IMG/VR virus record: IMGVR_UViG_3300046169_000069
Length of the DNA: 64,000 bases
Reading direction: 5' to 3' (one strand)
Origin: a virus
The notes under the pieces are model-generated. The model was not told the DNA's origin. It saw only the letters and a program-made list of their open reading frames with translations, and made no database searches. The first letter of the stretch is position 1. The number at the start of each line of letters is the position of its first letter. Shown here one piece after another: positions 27,399-37,023 of the stretch. The translations under genes and the position numbers were made by a program.

Positions 27399-28346
27399 TC
27401 AATTATTCCTGTATATAAATTCTAATGCCCTGTCCGCCTCTACGGTCAAGGGTCTATTCTCATACCAATTACCAGTCTCACTGTCAAACTCACGGCACAA
27501 ATCCGAAATCTGTTTTGCGCTGATCGGATATCCCTTAGAGTATGCATTACCTGCAATCGCAATCATAATCTTGTACATCTTGGAATACCATCCCGTTTCC
27601 GTGATCTGTTGATATTCCGCACCCAACCTACGGGGCCAGAAAGGACAGTCACGATAAGACGACCATCGGTAGTCGGTGTTATTTAGACTGTCTTTACGAT
27701 GCTGTATTATCGCCTTCTGCATCTCTGGCGGCAGTCTATCTAGGAAAGAATTCCCAGTCTTCTCGTGATAAGGATGTTTTGCAATCAACTCAGATGCGTT
27801 GAGGGCAGACCCACCTGAGTTAACAATAAAGAAACTATAAGCGTCCTTATACTGGCCTGGCGCATAGTACATACGTGCGAGGTCTTTAGTCTGTGGATCG
27901 CCCAACTCACCCAGTTCGGTGTTGAGGGCGTGCCAAAACGGTTTTATACGAGCATTCTCAATCTGTTCATCCAGACGGAATATAATGCGAAATTTAAGAT
28001 TATCTCTTCTACACCCTGCTGTATTATAAACGACATAGTCATACTGACCATACTGACGTTGCAACCAAGTTCTTAAGGACTCAGTATCACGGCAACCGTC
28101 AATAGGGTCATCCACATCAACGCAACACCAACTACTCCAATAAAGAACAGACTTGTTACTACGCGTCGTACCCACGTCGAACACAGCAGGAGTAAGAAGA
28201 GGAGAACTATTAGGACCACCTTTCTCTCCTGGCTTAGTGTAAGAATCACGAAGACACACCACGAAGTCCATCCACGACATAAACGTGGTACGACGATGTG
28301 TCTTGTTATCAAACTGGTTTTTAAAAATTGTTAGTTCGTATGTCAT
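27399..28346 (-). CDS. Archaeo-eukaryotic primase (PrimPol/VirE-N)-like protein
   Basis: VDVDD acidic motif, YNTAG, KFRIIF, DPQTKDLARMYYAP. Confidence 0.6.
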   Translation of the reverse strand: MTYELTIFKNQFDNKTHRRTTFMSWMDFVVCLRDSYTKPGEKGGPNSSPLLTPAVFDVGTTRSNKSVLYWSSWCCVDVDDPIDGCRDTESLRTWLQRQYGQYDYVVYNTAGCRRDNLKFRIIFRLDEQIENARIKPFWHALNTELGELGDPQTKDLARMYYAPGQYKDAYSFFIVNSGGSALNASELIAKHPYHEKTGNSFLDRLPPEMQKAIIQHRKDSLNNTDYRWSSYRDCPFWPRRLGAEYQQITETGWYSKMYKIMIAIAGNAYSKGYPISAKQISDLCREFDSETGNWYENRPLTVEADRALEFIYRNN

Positions 28347-29479
28347 CTTATGATGTCAATATCTTCGGGATTAGTATTCCAAGTCTCAACTGTCGTGCGT
28401 AGTCTACCTTCGGACTTAAGGGTCTCATAACGTTTAGACGCCTTGTTCTTCCACCACTCAATGATATTCTCAACTTCGAATCTGTCAAAGTTTTCTGCTG
28501 GTTTGAGTTCATCAGTTTTCAAATTCATGTAATCTTTAACCGACTGAGCCTCATGACCATATGTGCTATAATACGAACGCTTACGTTCTGTCAGACCCTT
28601 AGCATCAAGGAAGGTCTGACAGAATTTTTGATATGCAGTATCGTCCACGCCCTTGAGCGAAGACTTGATGATTGAAGCCATCTTTGTCTGTGTCTTCAGT
28701 TTACGAGATGACGCATCGGCGGGAACCAGATACTCACCCTCGTTGCGTTCCTTGAACCAGTCGTTCAGTGTTCGGAACTTGGTATCGTTGATCAACGGTG
28801 CAAAGTTACTGTCTGTCAATCCGTTGTGACGTAAGAACGGCCGCATACCATCATACATCGATGATGACTTAGAGGAACCATACAAACTAGTTGTTTCGAA
28901 AAGACATATGTTTGCATCGTACTTTTTGTTTAACGCACGACGCACTAGATGCGAACAACAAATGCCCGCCAACAGTTTACCACCAAGGTAGTTATATCCT
29001 ACGGGCTGGACAGGAACAATATTAAAACCCATTATAGCAGACTTGTTAAATCTTTTCATAACATCTGGATTCATGGTGTCAAGAGGCGCACCCAACCATT
29101 CGTTACGTGGACGCGAATTAATCGTAGGTGACCCAAAACGGATCATCCCAAATACTTGACCAGTGTTCTTCTCTTTGACGATGTAGAGAAGTTGTTTGCC
29201 TGGGATCGACGACTCGACTGGCGCGGATGTCGTGATCTCCATATATGTCATGAAGTGATCCTGACGACACTCGTATATTGAGAATTCCATGTCGTTGGGA
29301 TGAATAGAGAAGTCGTCAAACAAATCTGTCTCTGGGCCCATGCCAGGCAGAGATGCTGGAAAGGTTGCCATACGATCCATTTTGATAGAACGTTGGTATT
29401 CGTCGATGCGATCGAAACTGCCAAAGAAATCAGAAAAGACATTCGCCGCATGGATTGCGTCTTGCTTAGATAGAATCAT
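28343..29479 (-). CDS. DUF4338/DruA-like protein, probable Mom-like GNAT fold
   Basis: PGKQL...RNEWLG...VQPVGYNYLGGKLLA...ETTSLYG...SMYDG; family recalled from memory. Confidence 0.6.
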   Translation of the reverse strand: MILSKQDAIHAANVFSDFFGSFDRIDEYQRSIKMDRMATFPASLPGMGPETDLFDDFSIHPNDMEFSIYECRQDHFMTYMEITTSAPVESSIPGKQLLYIVKEKNTGQVFGMIRFGSPTINSRPRNEWLGAPLDTMNPDVMKRFNKSAIMGFNIVPVQPVGYNYLGGKLLAGICCSHLVRRALNKKYDANICLFETTSLYGSSKSSSMYDGMRPFLRHNGLTDSNFAPLINDTKFRTLNDWFKERNEGEYLVPADASSRKLKTQTKMASIIKSSLKGVDDTAYQKFCQTFLDAKGLTERKRSYYSTYGHEAQSVKDYMNLKTDELKPAENFDRFEVENIIEWWKNKASKRYETLKSEGRLRTTVETWNTNPEDIDIIR

Positions 29480-29502
29480 GTATTACTCCCATTACGAAAC
29501 AC

Positions 29503-29531
29503 ATTATATCAAATAAAGTGTCAACTGTCAA
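29503..29531 (-). promoter_or_regulatory. Sigma70-type promoter for the DUF4338-AEP-epimerase-ugd-uvsX-gp41 run
   Basis: TTGACA-17-TATAAT. Confidence 0.8.
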
Positions 29532-29536
29532 GACAC

Positions 29537-29560
29537 AAAAAAGGGGACTTGCGTCCCCTT
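29537..29560 (-). terminator. Rho-independent terminator
   Basis: GGGGAC-GCAA-GTCCCC-TTTTTT. Confidence 0.8.
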
Positions 29561-29565
29561 GTTAC

Positions 29566-30762
29566 TTACTGATCATCTTCAGTTGAGATGTCACAAAAGT
29601 AATTGCCCTTGCGTTGGTAAAGTGTCTCTGTGATCGGATCATACAGGACTGGTTCATCGAAAGAGTGTGCAGAACCAACAGCCGGTAGGAGTCCGTATAT
29701 GCTGATACGCGAGTTACCATCACCATTCAATACAATGTTGGCATCTGACATAAAAGTATTGAACTTGTCAATGTTGTTTTTTGCAACGGTCTCGAAAGAA
29801 GTCAGAGGGTCTGTGCCAGTAAGAGTACTTGTATGCAAAACAATTCGTATCTCTGCATTTGGATTCGCTGCTGCCTTACGTAAAGCAGAAGTAAATACCT
29901 TTGAGATAGTCGAAGCAGCCGCACACATATAGATGACCTTGCCATCTTTCGAATTCTGCAACTTGAATTGCGTCATGTAGGCCTTGATCTGGAAGTGAGC
30001 CTTAGGGTTCGAAGACCACGACGCAACTGGCGTAGAAGGGTTGAACTGGTTGTAGACAGAGTAGGCGATATCGTGGCGCTTACCCTCAGTAAACCTAAAA
30101 CCAATGCGTTCAGTACGTGCAAGAAGATCCTCAATGCTTAGTGGGTTAACACCTGCCTTACCTCCAGACTCTTTAAAGATAGTCGCCTGAACAGTCAGTG
30201 CATCCTTTACATCTTCCATTGAGTTCGGGTTAGATGCGGGTTCCTCTTGTAGGGTCTGACCCATGTAAGAGATAGCATCCTCGACTTCCCACTCAGTTGC
30301 GCCTTCTACAGGTACGTAAATGGCAGCAATGTAGTTTTCATGACCGTTCGCTGAGAAGTACTCTTTACGTGTATCTCCGGTCAACTGAGTGTCGGTTGTA
30401 CCGACACGTAGTTCCGAAGGTGGAAGTTCGGTTAACTTAAAACCCTTATCCAAAGAACGAAACACATTCTTTGGATCCTTGACACGGCCACCTTTGCGGT
30501 GATCCTGAGCAACGGTCGATTTTATGGGTTTCAGTTCGAAGTGCGAAAAGCGGATGGCTGGGTGGATTTCATCACCAAAGTGTTTTGGTTCAGATTCGGA
30601 CCATAGAGTCTCGTATAACCACTCGTAGGTTTCAACATCTTGTTCGTTGAAGGTGCGTTCCTTCAGATTTATAATCCACTTCTTCTTGTTTTGGGCCTTT
30701 GTCTTCAATGTACCATCAGCGCCACGTGAAGAAGTTATATTTGTTACCTTGTTTTTTGACAT
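29566..30762 (-). CDS. Hypothetical protein, possible divergent ParB/Srx-like N-terminal domain
   Basis: GFKLTELPP...LTGDTR pattern; own promoter-like sequence (~30833-30863) and terminator. Confidence 0.5.
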   Translation of the reverse strand: MSKNKVTNITSSRGADGTLKTKAQNKKKWIINLKERTFNEQDVETYEWLYETLWSESEPKHFGDEIHPAIRFSHFELKPIKSTVAQDHRKGGRVKDPKNVFRSLDKGFKLTELPPSELRVGTTDTQLTGDTRKEYFSANGHENYIAAIYVPVEGATEWEVEDAISYMGQTLQEEPASNPNSMEDVKDALTVQATIFKESGGKAGVNPLSIEDLLARTERIGFRFTEGKRHDIAYSVYNQFNPSTPVASWSSNPKAHFQIKAYMTQFKLQNSKDGKVIYMCAAASTISKVFTSALRKAAANPNAEIRIVLHTSTLTGTDPLTSFETVAKNNIDKFNTFMSDANIVLNGDGNSRISIYGLLPAVGSAHSFDEPVLYDPITETLYQRKGNYFCDISTEDDQ

Positions 30763-30845
30763 TTTGTCTCTCCGATTTAGTCGTGAGTTAGTTTAGTTTC
30801 AATACACTGTCCTTTAGGGATCAGTATTTGTATATAGTACCACAC

Positions 30846-31379
30846 TTAAAGTGTGTTTGGCAAGGGCTTTCTGATAGAAATTACATTACCATCCGGATCA
30901 GTACACACAAGTTTACCACCTTGAACGTCTTGAACCAAACCCATTGACCGTTTATGGAATCGGTATCTCCAACCGTACCACTTTGTTGGGTTACCTTCAC
31001 CATAAGGCGGATCACATTCCATAAGGTCATATTGACCCGCCGTAACATCGATGATTGTATCGTTATGATTCAACCACCAATGTATATTCCCCAGTTCATC
31101 TGTACCACTATATGATATGAGATCATCTTTCTCATCACCATCAAGCATGATATACATGGCCTGAGTAGAATGATAACAATGACCAAATAAAGGATTGGTC
31201 TCGTTATCCTCTTTATATTTAGAAGACAGTAGTTCTGGTCTTAATACCTTACGTATCTCTTCAGAAACTTCATCTACTTCATCAAAGGAAATGGGAGTAT
31301 AACACAAAGTCCAAGTCTTTGTCAAGCCCCACTCACCATCTTCTTTTCTGTCAAAAGATTCTCTTTTTACTGTTTTCAT
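30846..31379 (-). CDS. Papain/transglutaminase-like (YunG-like) Cys-His-Asp protein
   Basis: GHCY...HWWL...IDVTAGQY; preceded by TTGACA-17-TATAAT at 31388-31416. Confidence 0.5.
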   Translation of the reverse strand: MKTVKRESFDRKEDGEWGLTKTWTLCYTPISFDEVDEVSEEIRKVLRPELLSSKYKEDNETNPLFGHCYHSTQAMYIMLDGDEKDDLISYSGTDELGNIHWWLNHNDTIIDVTAGQYDLMECDPPYGEGNPTKWYGWRYRFHKRSMGLVQDVQGGKLVCTDPDGNVISIRKPLPNTL

Positions 31380-31412
31380 AATCTGATATTATACGGTAAT
31401 AAATTATATATG

Positions 31413-33891
31413 TCAAGCGAAAAAATCTTCTAGAGTTGCAGCCGGTTCTGCAGTCCACCCAACAGCATCTAGAATAGGGGTTAATGGATCAAGGAATGTT
31501 TTGTTAAACATTGTGTCGTAATCAATGTGTTTGTGCAGACCCAGTTCCTCCGGAAGATTTAGTGGAAACGAAACGACATTTTCTCCCAGTTTGTTTGGAA
31601 CCTTCAGATACACAAACTTAATCTTCTCACCCTGTTTAACCGACTCATACTTGATGGACAGTCCCTGTGACTTAATCGCATTATTGAAACACAACGCACC
31701 CCGAACGTGGATAGGTGTGCCTTTCTTGTAAATCATTTCGCGGTCTGTCCACTTAATCAAGTCTGATACACCACGCGGGAAAGACACATCTTCTGGCGGG
31801 AGAGATTTAAAATCCGACTTGAAGTTGCGAATAAACGACTGTGTGTCTCCTTCGGTCCCCTCGATGATCACACGGAAGATCTGTTTAAACCTGTCACGAA
31901 CAACCTGCGGCGTGGACGACTTGATCGCCTCAATACCCATCATCTTGAGTTTGGGTTCAGCAAACTGTACGCCCTCCGAATTGTGGACGTTGAGGATATA
32001 TCTCTTCTTGGCCATCCAGATGCCACGATCCGCAATCACCTCTCGTTCCATGACCATACGTTGATCATACGCACCTGTCACATCAGCAAGTTGTTGATAG
32101 GCCTTGTTTAGAACTGGCTCAAAGTGATCGTTGCAGATGTTATCCAGAAACTTTACAGGATTCTTGGGACTGAACTTATCAACAAGACCCCCCATCCTAA
32201 TATAAACAGAATCGGTGTCAATCGCCACAACATAGTCTTCATCGGTCCCTAGTATCTTCTGCATCTCATTGTTTACAGCTCTCTCCGCCCATTTAATCAC
32301 CAACTGACCAGCAGCAGTAATTGACTCGGCGACTCTCTGATCAAAGTAACGGAACCACTTGTTACCCAATGCACCATAAAGAGAGTTCATCAAAATCTTA
32401 ATGGCCATCTGTTGGTTGTTAAGAGAGGCAATTCGGTACTCTAATTGTTTAGAGGGATTCTTCTGCAGTTCTTTCTCGGCATCTAACATCTCGCGTTTTA
32501 TCACTTTACGTTCGGCCGAGTATTGTTCAATAATTGTAGGGACAACACCTTTGCGATCGTGGGAGAATCGGACGCCCGTAGGCGCAAGAGAGAACCCTTC
32601 ACCGTCAATGACACAACTACCATCCAAGAAACTATCCACACTTGCCCTCACGTCCAGACCATCTATAACGGTCTCTGGCGACATGTTGTACTGTACGATG
32701 ATGTTTGGATATAGAGAGTTTAAGTCAAAAGAGGTGACCCAGTCGTGCGAACCTACCTGCGGATCTTTTACATAACCGCCGGGATATGGTGTTTTAGGTT
32801 TCTCCGTCTTGGGGGGCACAACAATCTTTTGTTCTGTCAACATACGATAGATGATGCAGTCCCAGATATTAGTAGTGCCCAGAGTGTCGTTATAGTTCAC
32901 TCCTGCCTTATAAGCCATCGTGAGGATCAGTGAGATCAGATCAAGTTTCTCATCAATCTTATGTACCAACTCCACGTCTTTAATGTTATAGTCAATGAAC
33001 TTTTGATAGTCCTCTTTATACAAAGTGAAAAGGTTACCATGTTCTTCGTAAGAGAGTTTGCGTTCTCCAAGAACAACGTGCGCAATGTGGTCAAGACGAT
33101 ACGATTCTTGTTGGCCTAAAGTGTTGTAAGTAAACTTCCGAAAGACCTCAAGATAATCCAGTTGTTCAACGCCTTCAATGATGTATTCTTGATTCTCCTT
33201 GCCATTAATCTTGGTCTTACGTTCACGCACTGCGCCCCAAGGCGAGAGTCGTTTTAGTAACGTGTCGTCACCAAATAGTTTAACACAACGGTTGATGATG
33301 TAAGGCATATCAAAGAATCGGGTGTTCCACCCAGTGATGACATCGGGAGAGTAACGCTGGAAGTGATCTACGAACTTGCGGACCAGATCAATCTCATTGT
33401 CGCACTTGATGAACAGAACATCCTCACGCGTAGGCGTGTAGTCATTAAGACCCCAGACCCAGTAGTTACCATCGTTCTTACGAATGGCGATTGAGATAAT
33501 TGGGTGCGCAGCTTCAGCCGGTTCGGGGAACCCTTGATCGGACGCCACCTCAATATCAATATTTAAAACGCGGACCAAGTCGCGGTCATACTTGATCTTA
33601 TTAGGAAAATTCTCTGCAATAAATTGTGCAGTATAATTGGTGTTTCCATAAACTTTGAAGTTGGAGACATCAGCATATTTTTTGTTAAACTCTGTCGCCT
33701 CTGGCATAGAGTCAAACTGTACTTCTACAACAGAAGTGCCCTCCAGAGTTTTCCACTCAGATGGGGCTGTCGCCGGTCACGTAAAGTTTGGGTTTAAATG
33801 GAATGCGCAACTTGACTTGCTTGCCGTTGTCATATCCACGATAAAGAATGTTGCTGCCCATACGCAGCACAGAGGTATAAAATTTAGTCAT
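31413..33891 (-). CDS. gp43: Family B DNA polymerase gp43 (frameshift near 33770)
   Basis: DIEV exonuclease, [25 protein letters not shown]; real N-terminus MTKFYTSV... begins at 33891 after promoter 33899-33927. Confidence 0.96.
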
Positions 33892-33923
33892 GTGGTGAAT
33901 TATACACCCAAATTATGCGTATG

Positions 33924-34733
33924 TCAATCAATAACGTGAAAAAATTTATGTCTATTCCAAGGTTCCTGTATCTTTTTATCACTATATCCATGATGATCCT
34001 GTGTGACTGAAAGGCGTTTTGAAATCACCTGTGTCGTCGGTGTAGGGATTCCTGTCATATGACGATCAGGATAATTAAAATAAATCCCGATATCTCGACC
34101 AACACCTATAGTATCACATTTGGTCCAAGGATGTAAAGCGGTATTTTTGATTCCATAATAATTAATTTCTGGTAGTTCTAGATGACGTGTAGTGTATGTT
34201 CTGAAAAGACGTTGCATCACACAATAGGGCCCACAGTTGATAGGAAATGCATTGTTCAAGAGCATGTGGTATCCCCAGTGCGCAAATCTTTGATCCATGC
34301 AATACATACCCATGAACAGTCCTATATTCGCGTAGAGCGTGTTCTCTGCGTACTCAGCGAGTAGTTTAAAGGATTCATACCTCTCTTCCACCAACCAAGT
34401 GTCATGTTCCATGATCCAGAACTTTTCTTCTGACTCGCCCTGTTGGCGCATCAAATCCCAGTGAGAACACATCCCAGCCTTCTCTGTAGGGGAGTGGTCA
34501 TCTTTTTCTTTGCCTGATAATGTGTCTAAAGTCATAAGACTTTTAGACCAAACATACTTATCTACATGTTCTTGAAACGTATCAGATTGTGGGGTGATTG
34601 CGTCAAAGGTTTCAATAGAGTCGATGTAACCTTCGTCGATAGCGCGTTGGAAAGACTGACGGGAGAGTTCTGCGTACTCTTCAGACCGTTCGTCTCCTTT
34701 CATAACAATTTGTATTGCTTTCATATGACTCAC
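33924..34733 (-). CDS. GT25-like glycosyltransferase
   Basis: FDAITP, TEKAGMCSHWDLM, WIMEHD resemble GT25 GC..SH..LW and ILEDD motifs. Confidence 0.6.
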   Translation of the reverse strand: MSHMKAIQIVMKGDERSEEYAELSRQSFQRAIDEGYIDSIETFDAITPQSDTFQEHVDKYVWSKSLMTLDTLSGKEKDDHSPTEKAGMCSHWDLMRQQGESEEKFWIMEHDTWLVEERYESFKLLAEYAENTLYANIGLFMGMYCMDQRFAHWGYHMLLNNAFPINCGPYCVMQRLFRTYTTRHLELPEINYYGIKNTALHPWTKCDTIGVGRDIGIYFNYPDRHMTGIPTPTTQVISKRLSVTQDHHGYSDKKIQEPWNRHKFFHVID

Positions 34734-34758
34734 AAAAAAGGGGGATGTTACTCCCCCT
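34734..34758 (-). terminator. Rho-independent terminator after hsp20 unit
   Basis: GGGGAG-TAAC-ATCCCCC-TTTTTT. Confidence 0.65.
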
Positions 34759-34764
34759 TATTTA

Positions 34765-34872
34765 TTACATTAGTTGTTGGACACAGACGGCTACCACGAA
34801 TACACTTGATAGTCCTGCGAACATCCAACCCATCTCCTCTAACCTAGAGTTGGCTCGGTTGCTCTTCTCCAT
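34765..34872 (-). CDS. 35-aa membrane peptide downstream of hsp20
   Basis: GAGGAG RBS; MEKSNRANSRLEEMGWMFAGLSSVFVVAVCVQQLM*. Confidence 0.5.
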   Translation of the reverse strand: MEKSNRANSRLEEMGWMFAGLSSVFVVAVCVQQLM

Positions 34873-35329
34873 TGTTGCTCTCCTCGTTTAAAAGTTGCGG
34901 GGTCGATTGATAAGTGACACCCGAATTAATTGTTACTTTACGAGGCTTCTGACTTTCAGGGATTATTACCTCCAATTGGATGGCAAGTAACCCGTTCCTG
35001 AAATCAGCTCCCATTACTTCAACATACTCCGACAGACGGAACTGACGTTCAAATCTCTTCGTCGAAATGCCTTTATGAATATACTCTCTAGTGTCGTTTA
35101 CAGACCCTCGAATGCTAAGTGTACGGTTCTTTACTTCGATCTCGAGTTCGTCTTCCGTGAATCCGGCGACTGCTAACTCGATTAGGTATTGATCCTCTCC
35201 CGTCTTTAGAATGTTATGCGGGGGGAACGTATCACCCGAGTGTCGTGCGACTCTATCCAATTCGTCGATCATAGTATCAAATCCGACGAATGCTGAACGT
35301 GGGAACAGTTGTTTTGCTGTTAATGTCAT
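34844..35329 (-). CDS. hsp20: Small heat-shock protein (Hsp20/IbpA)
   Basis: FPPHNI, IELAVAGF, YIHKGIS, NGLL. Confidence 0.93.
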   Translation of the reverse strand: MTLTAKQLFPRSAFVGFDTMIDELDRVARHSGDTFPPHNILKTGEDQYLIELAVAGFTEDELEIEVKNRTLSIRGSVNDTREYIHKGISTKRFERQFRLSEYVEVMGADFRNGLLAIQLEVIIPESQKPRKVTINSGVTYQSTPQLLNEESNNGEEQPSQL

Positions 35330-35336
35330 GTTGTGA

Positions 35337-35388
35337 CTCCTTAAAATTAAGCAAGTTTAAAAGAGTGCCCGAAACATTCGGCACACTC
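35337..35388 (-). promoter_or_regulatory. ROSE-like RNA thermometer in the hsp20 leader
   Basis: 5' hairpin then CUUGCUU-aauuuu-AAGGAG hairpin occluding the SD. Confidence 0.6.
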
Positions 35389-35442
35389 GTTACTATATAT
35401 ACGAGTTATGATACTAAAAGTAACATATAATTTGTGAATATG

Positions 35443-35691
35443 TCACGCAAAAGGATCATAGTCGTCATCATCTATCTCTATAATAGGGACAGAATCATCA
35501 ACCAACACAACCCTTTCATTTTCGATCATGTCGATGATTTCTTTTGTGACCTTGATGTCCATTTCTATGAACGCTTGCTTCTGCAAGCACATGTCCAAGT
35601 GTCTGTAATAAAAATCTAATTCTTTTTCTTTCTCTAATTTCTTTTTAGCTACTTCAGAAAACGAAACAATGTTGTTTTTGTTATCTGTCAT
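35443..35691 (-). CDS. Hypothetical protein
   Basis: 82-aa ORF in the regA operon. Confidence 0.55.
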   Translation of the reverse strand: MTDNKNNIVSFSEVAKKKLEKEKELDFYYRHLDMCLQKQAFIEMDIKVTKEIIDMIENERVVLVDDSVPIIEIDDDDYDPFA

Positions 35692-35700
35692 ATCTTGTCC

Positions 35701-36240
35701 TTAGTAGTACATTGACGGATCTGGGCTTCCTTCTACCCCGAATGAGAATGATACTCGCGAAACTTTAGGAAACACTTGATGGTGAGTTCCTCTAGGCAAA
35801 TACACATACATGCCTGGCTCAAAGTCAAACGGTTCATTATTGTTTATGCCTTCTACTTTTAGACCGACCGTACTAATAACCTGAACTAAGAACACATCCA
35901 TAGAATCTTTGTGCCATGGATAAGATCCGCTTGCACGACCAAAACCACTAAACGCAATGTTCGTGATTTTGTTTGCGTGAAGCGCGAAGACATCCTGCAT
36001 TTCTTCATAGATCTTTTTCGCAAAGTCCGGTGCACTACCGCGACTATGAAACGAATTTAATCCTATACGCATTTTGTCTGAGTTGCGATCGTAGAGATCA
36101 TTCGGATGCGAGTCCATCATTTGCATGTACTCATTCCAATTATAGGTCTCTTCCATATCAAACGGCAAGTTTCCTATGAATGGTGTTTTGGTCCGAATGT
36201 TCTCATCACGATCGTCAAAAATACCATAATATTCTGACAT
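35701..36240 (-). CDS. JmjC/cupin-like 2OG-Fe(II) oxygenase
   Basis: WHKDSMDVFLVQ, PGMYVYLPRGTHH, SFSFG. Confidence 0.75.
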   Translation of the reverse strand: MSEYYGIFDDRDENIRTKTPFIGNLPFDMEETYNWNEYMQMMDSHPNDLYDRNSDKMRIGLNSFHSRGSAPDFAKKIYEEMQDVFALHANKITNIAFSGFGRASGSYPWHKDSMDVFLVQVISTVGLKVEGINNNEPFDFEPGMYVYLPRGTHHQVFPKVSRVSFSFGVEGSPDPSMYY

Positions 36241-36242
36241 TA

Positions 36243-36653
36243 TCAGTTGTTTCCAATATTATACTTCGGTTGCAAGTTCCAGTTGGACTTGTCTTTGTAT
36301 GAGATGATCTTGATCTGTCTCATCGGAGCACAGTCAAGTGCAACGTCTTTATTAACTATTGCAACTAAGCCCCAATCTGCAAGCAGAGTGGCGATAGTGT
36401 TACGTCGTTCCATGTCTGAAACTTCTAGATTAGATTTCTTGCCGTCCAACAAGAACAACTCCTTAAAATGGACGATAAAGTACCTACCCTGCTTGTGCAA
36501 GATATGGCATGATTGGAATAGGGTATTATCTCTACGCGAAGCAACCCCTATACGCGTTAGTGTTTCTCTGACCTTTAAAAAGTCATCTGGTTCTGCCAAC
36601 GTGATTTCTAACATCATGTCGGAGTTCCATTGAACTAGATTATTCTCTTCCAC
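36243..36653 (-). CDS. regA: Translational repressor RegA
   Basis: DDFLKVRETLTRIG, QSCHILHKQGRYFIVHFKELF. Confidence 0.96.
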   Translation of the reverse strand: MEENNLVQWNSDMMLEITLAEPDDFLKVRETLTRIGVASRRDNTLFQSCHILHKQGRYFIVHFKELFLLDGKKSNLEVSDMERRNTIATLLADWGLVAIVNKDVALDCAPMRQIKIISYKDKSNWNLQPKYNIGNN

Positions 36654-37023
36654 CTCTGGATACCTTATTTTTGATAGTTTTTATTTGTGATTCTGTCAAG
36701 AGCCCAATAATTTGTTTCGCTTTTGATTCACTATACCCAAAATATTCCTTAATACACTCCAAGTCGTCTCGTTGTTCAGGCTGCTTATCCCATTTAGAGA
36801 ATCGTTTCTTCTTACGTACAATATTTATAAGAAAGTCGTATTGCATCTTCGCATCTAGATGATGTAATCTGTTCATTTCATTCGACATAATTACAGTATC
36901 TGGAAAATATGATAAAGACCTGTTTACGAGAAACGAGTTATATTTAGTCTCCACGTCCTCATCTTTGTCCATAAGATTAATTTTTGTGTTATTAATACTG
37001 GTCACAAACTCAAATGGACTCAT
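36640..37023 (-). CDS. gp62: Clamp loader small subunit gp62
   Basis: YNSFLVNRSLS, RKKKRFSKW, IKEYFGYS. Confidence 0.9.
   Translation of the reverse strand: MSPFEFVTSINNTKINLMDKDEDVETKYNSFLVNRSLSYFPDTVIMSNEMNRLHHLDAKMQYDFLINIVRKKKRFSKWDKQPEQRDDLECIKEYFGYSESKAKQIIGLLTESQIKTIKNKVSRGGRE

Noticed and set aside
28343-29479. Druantia defence system
   Set aside because: Only a DruA-like gene is present; no DruE helicase or other partner genes.
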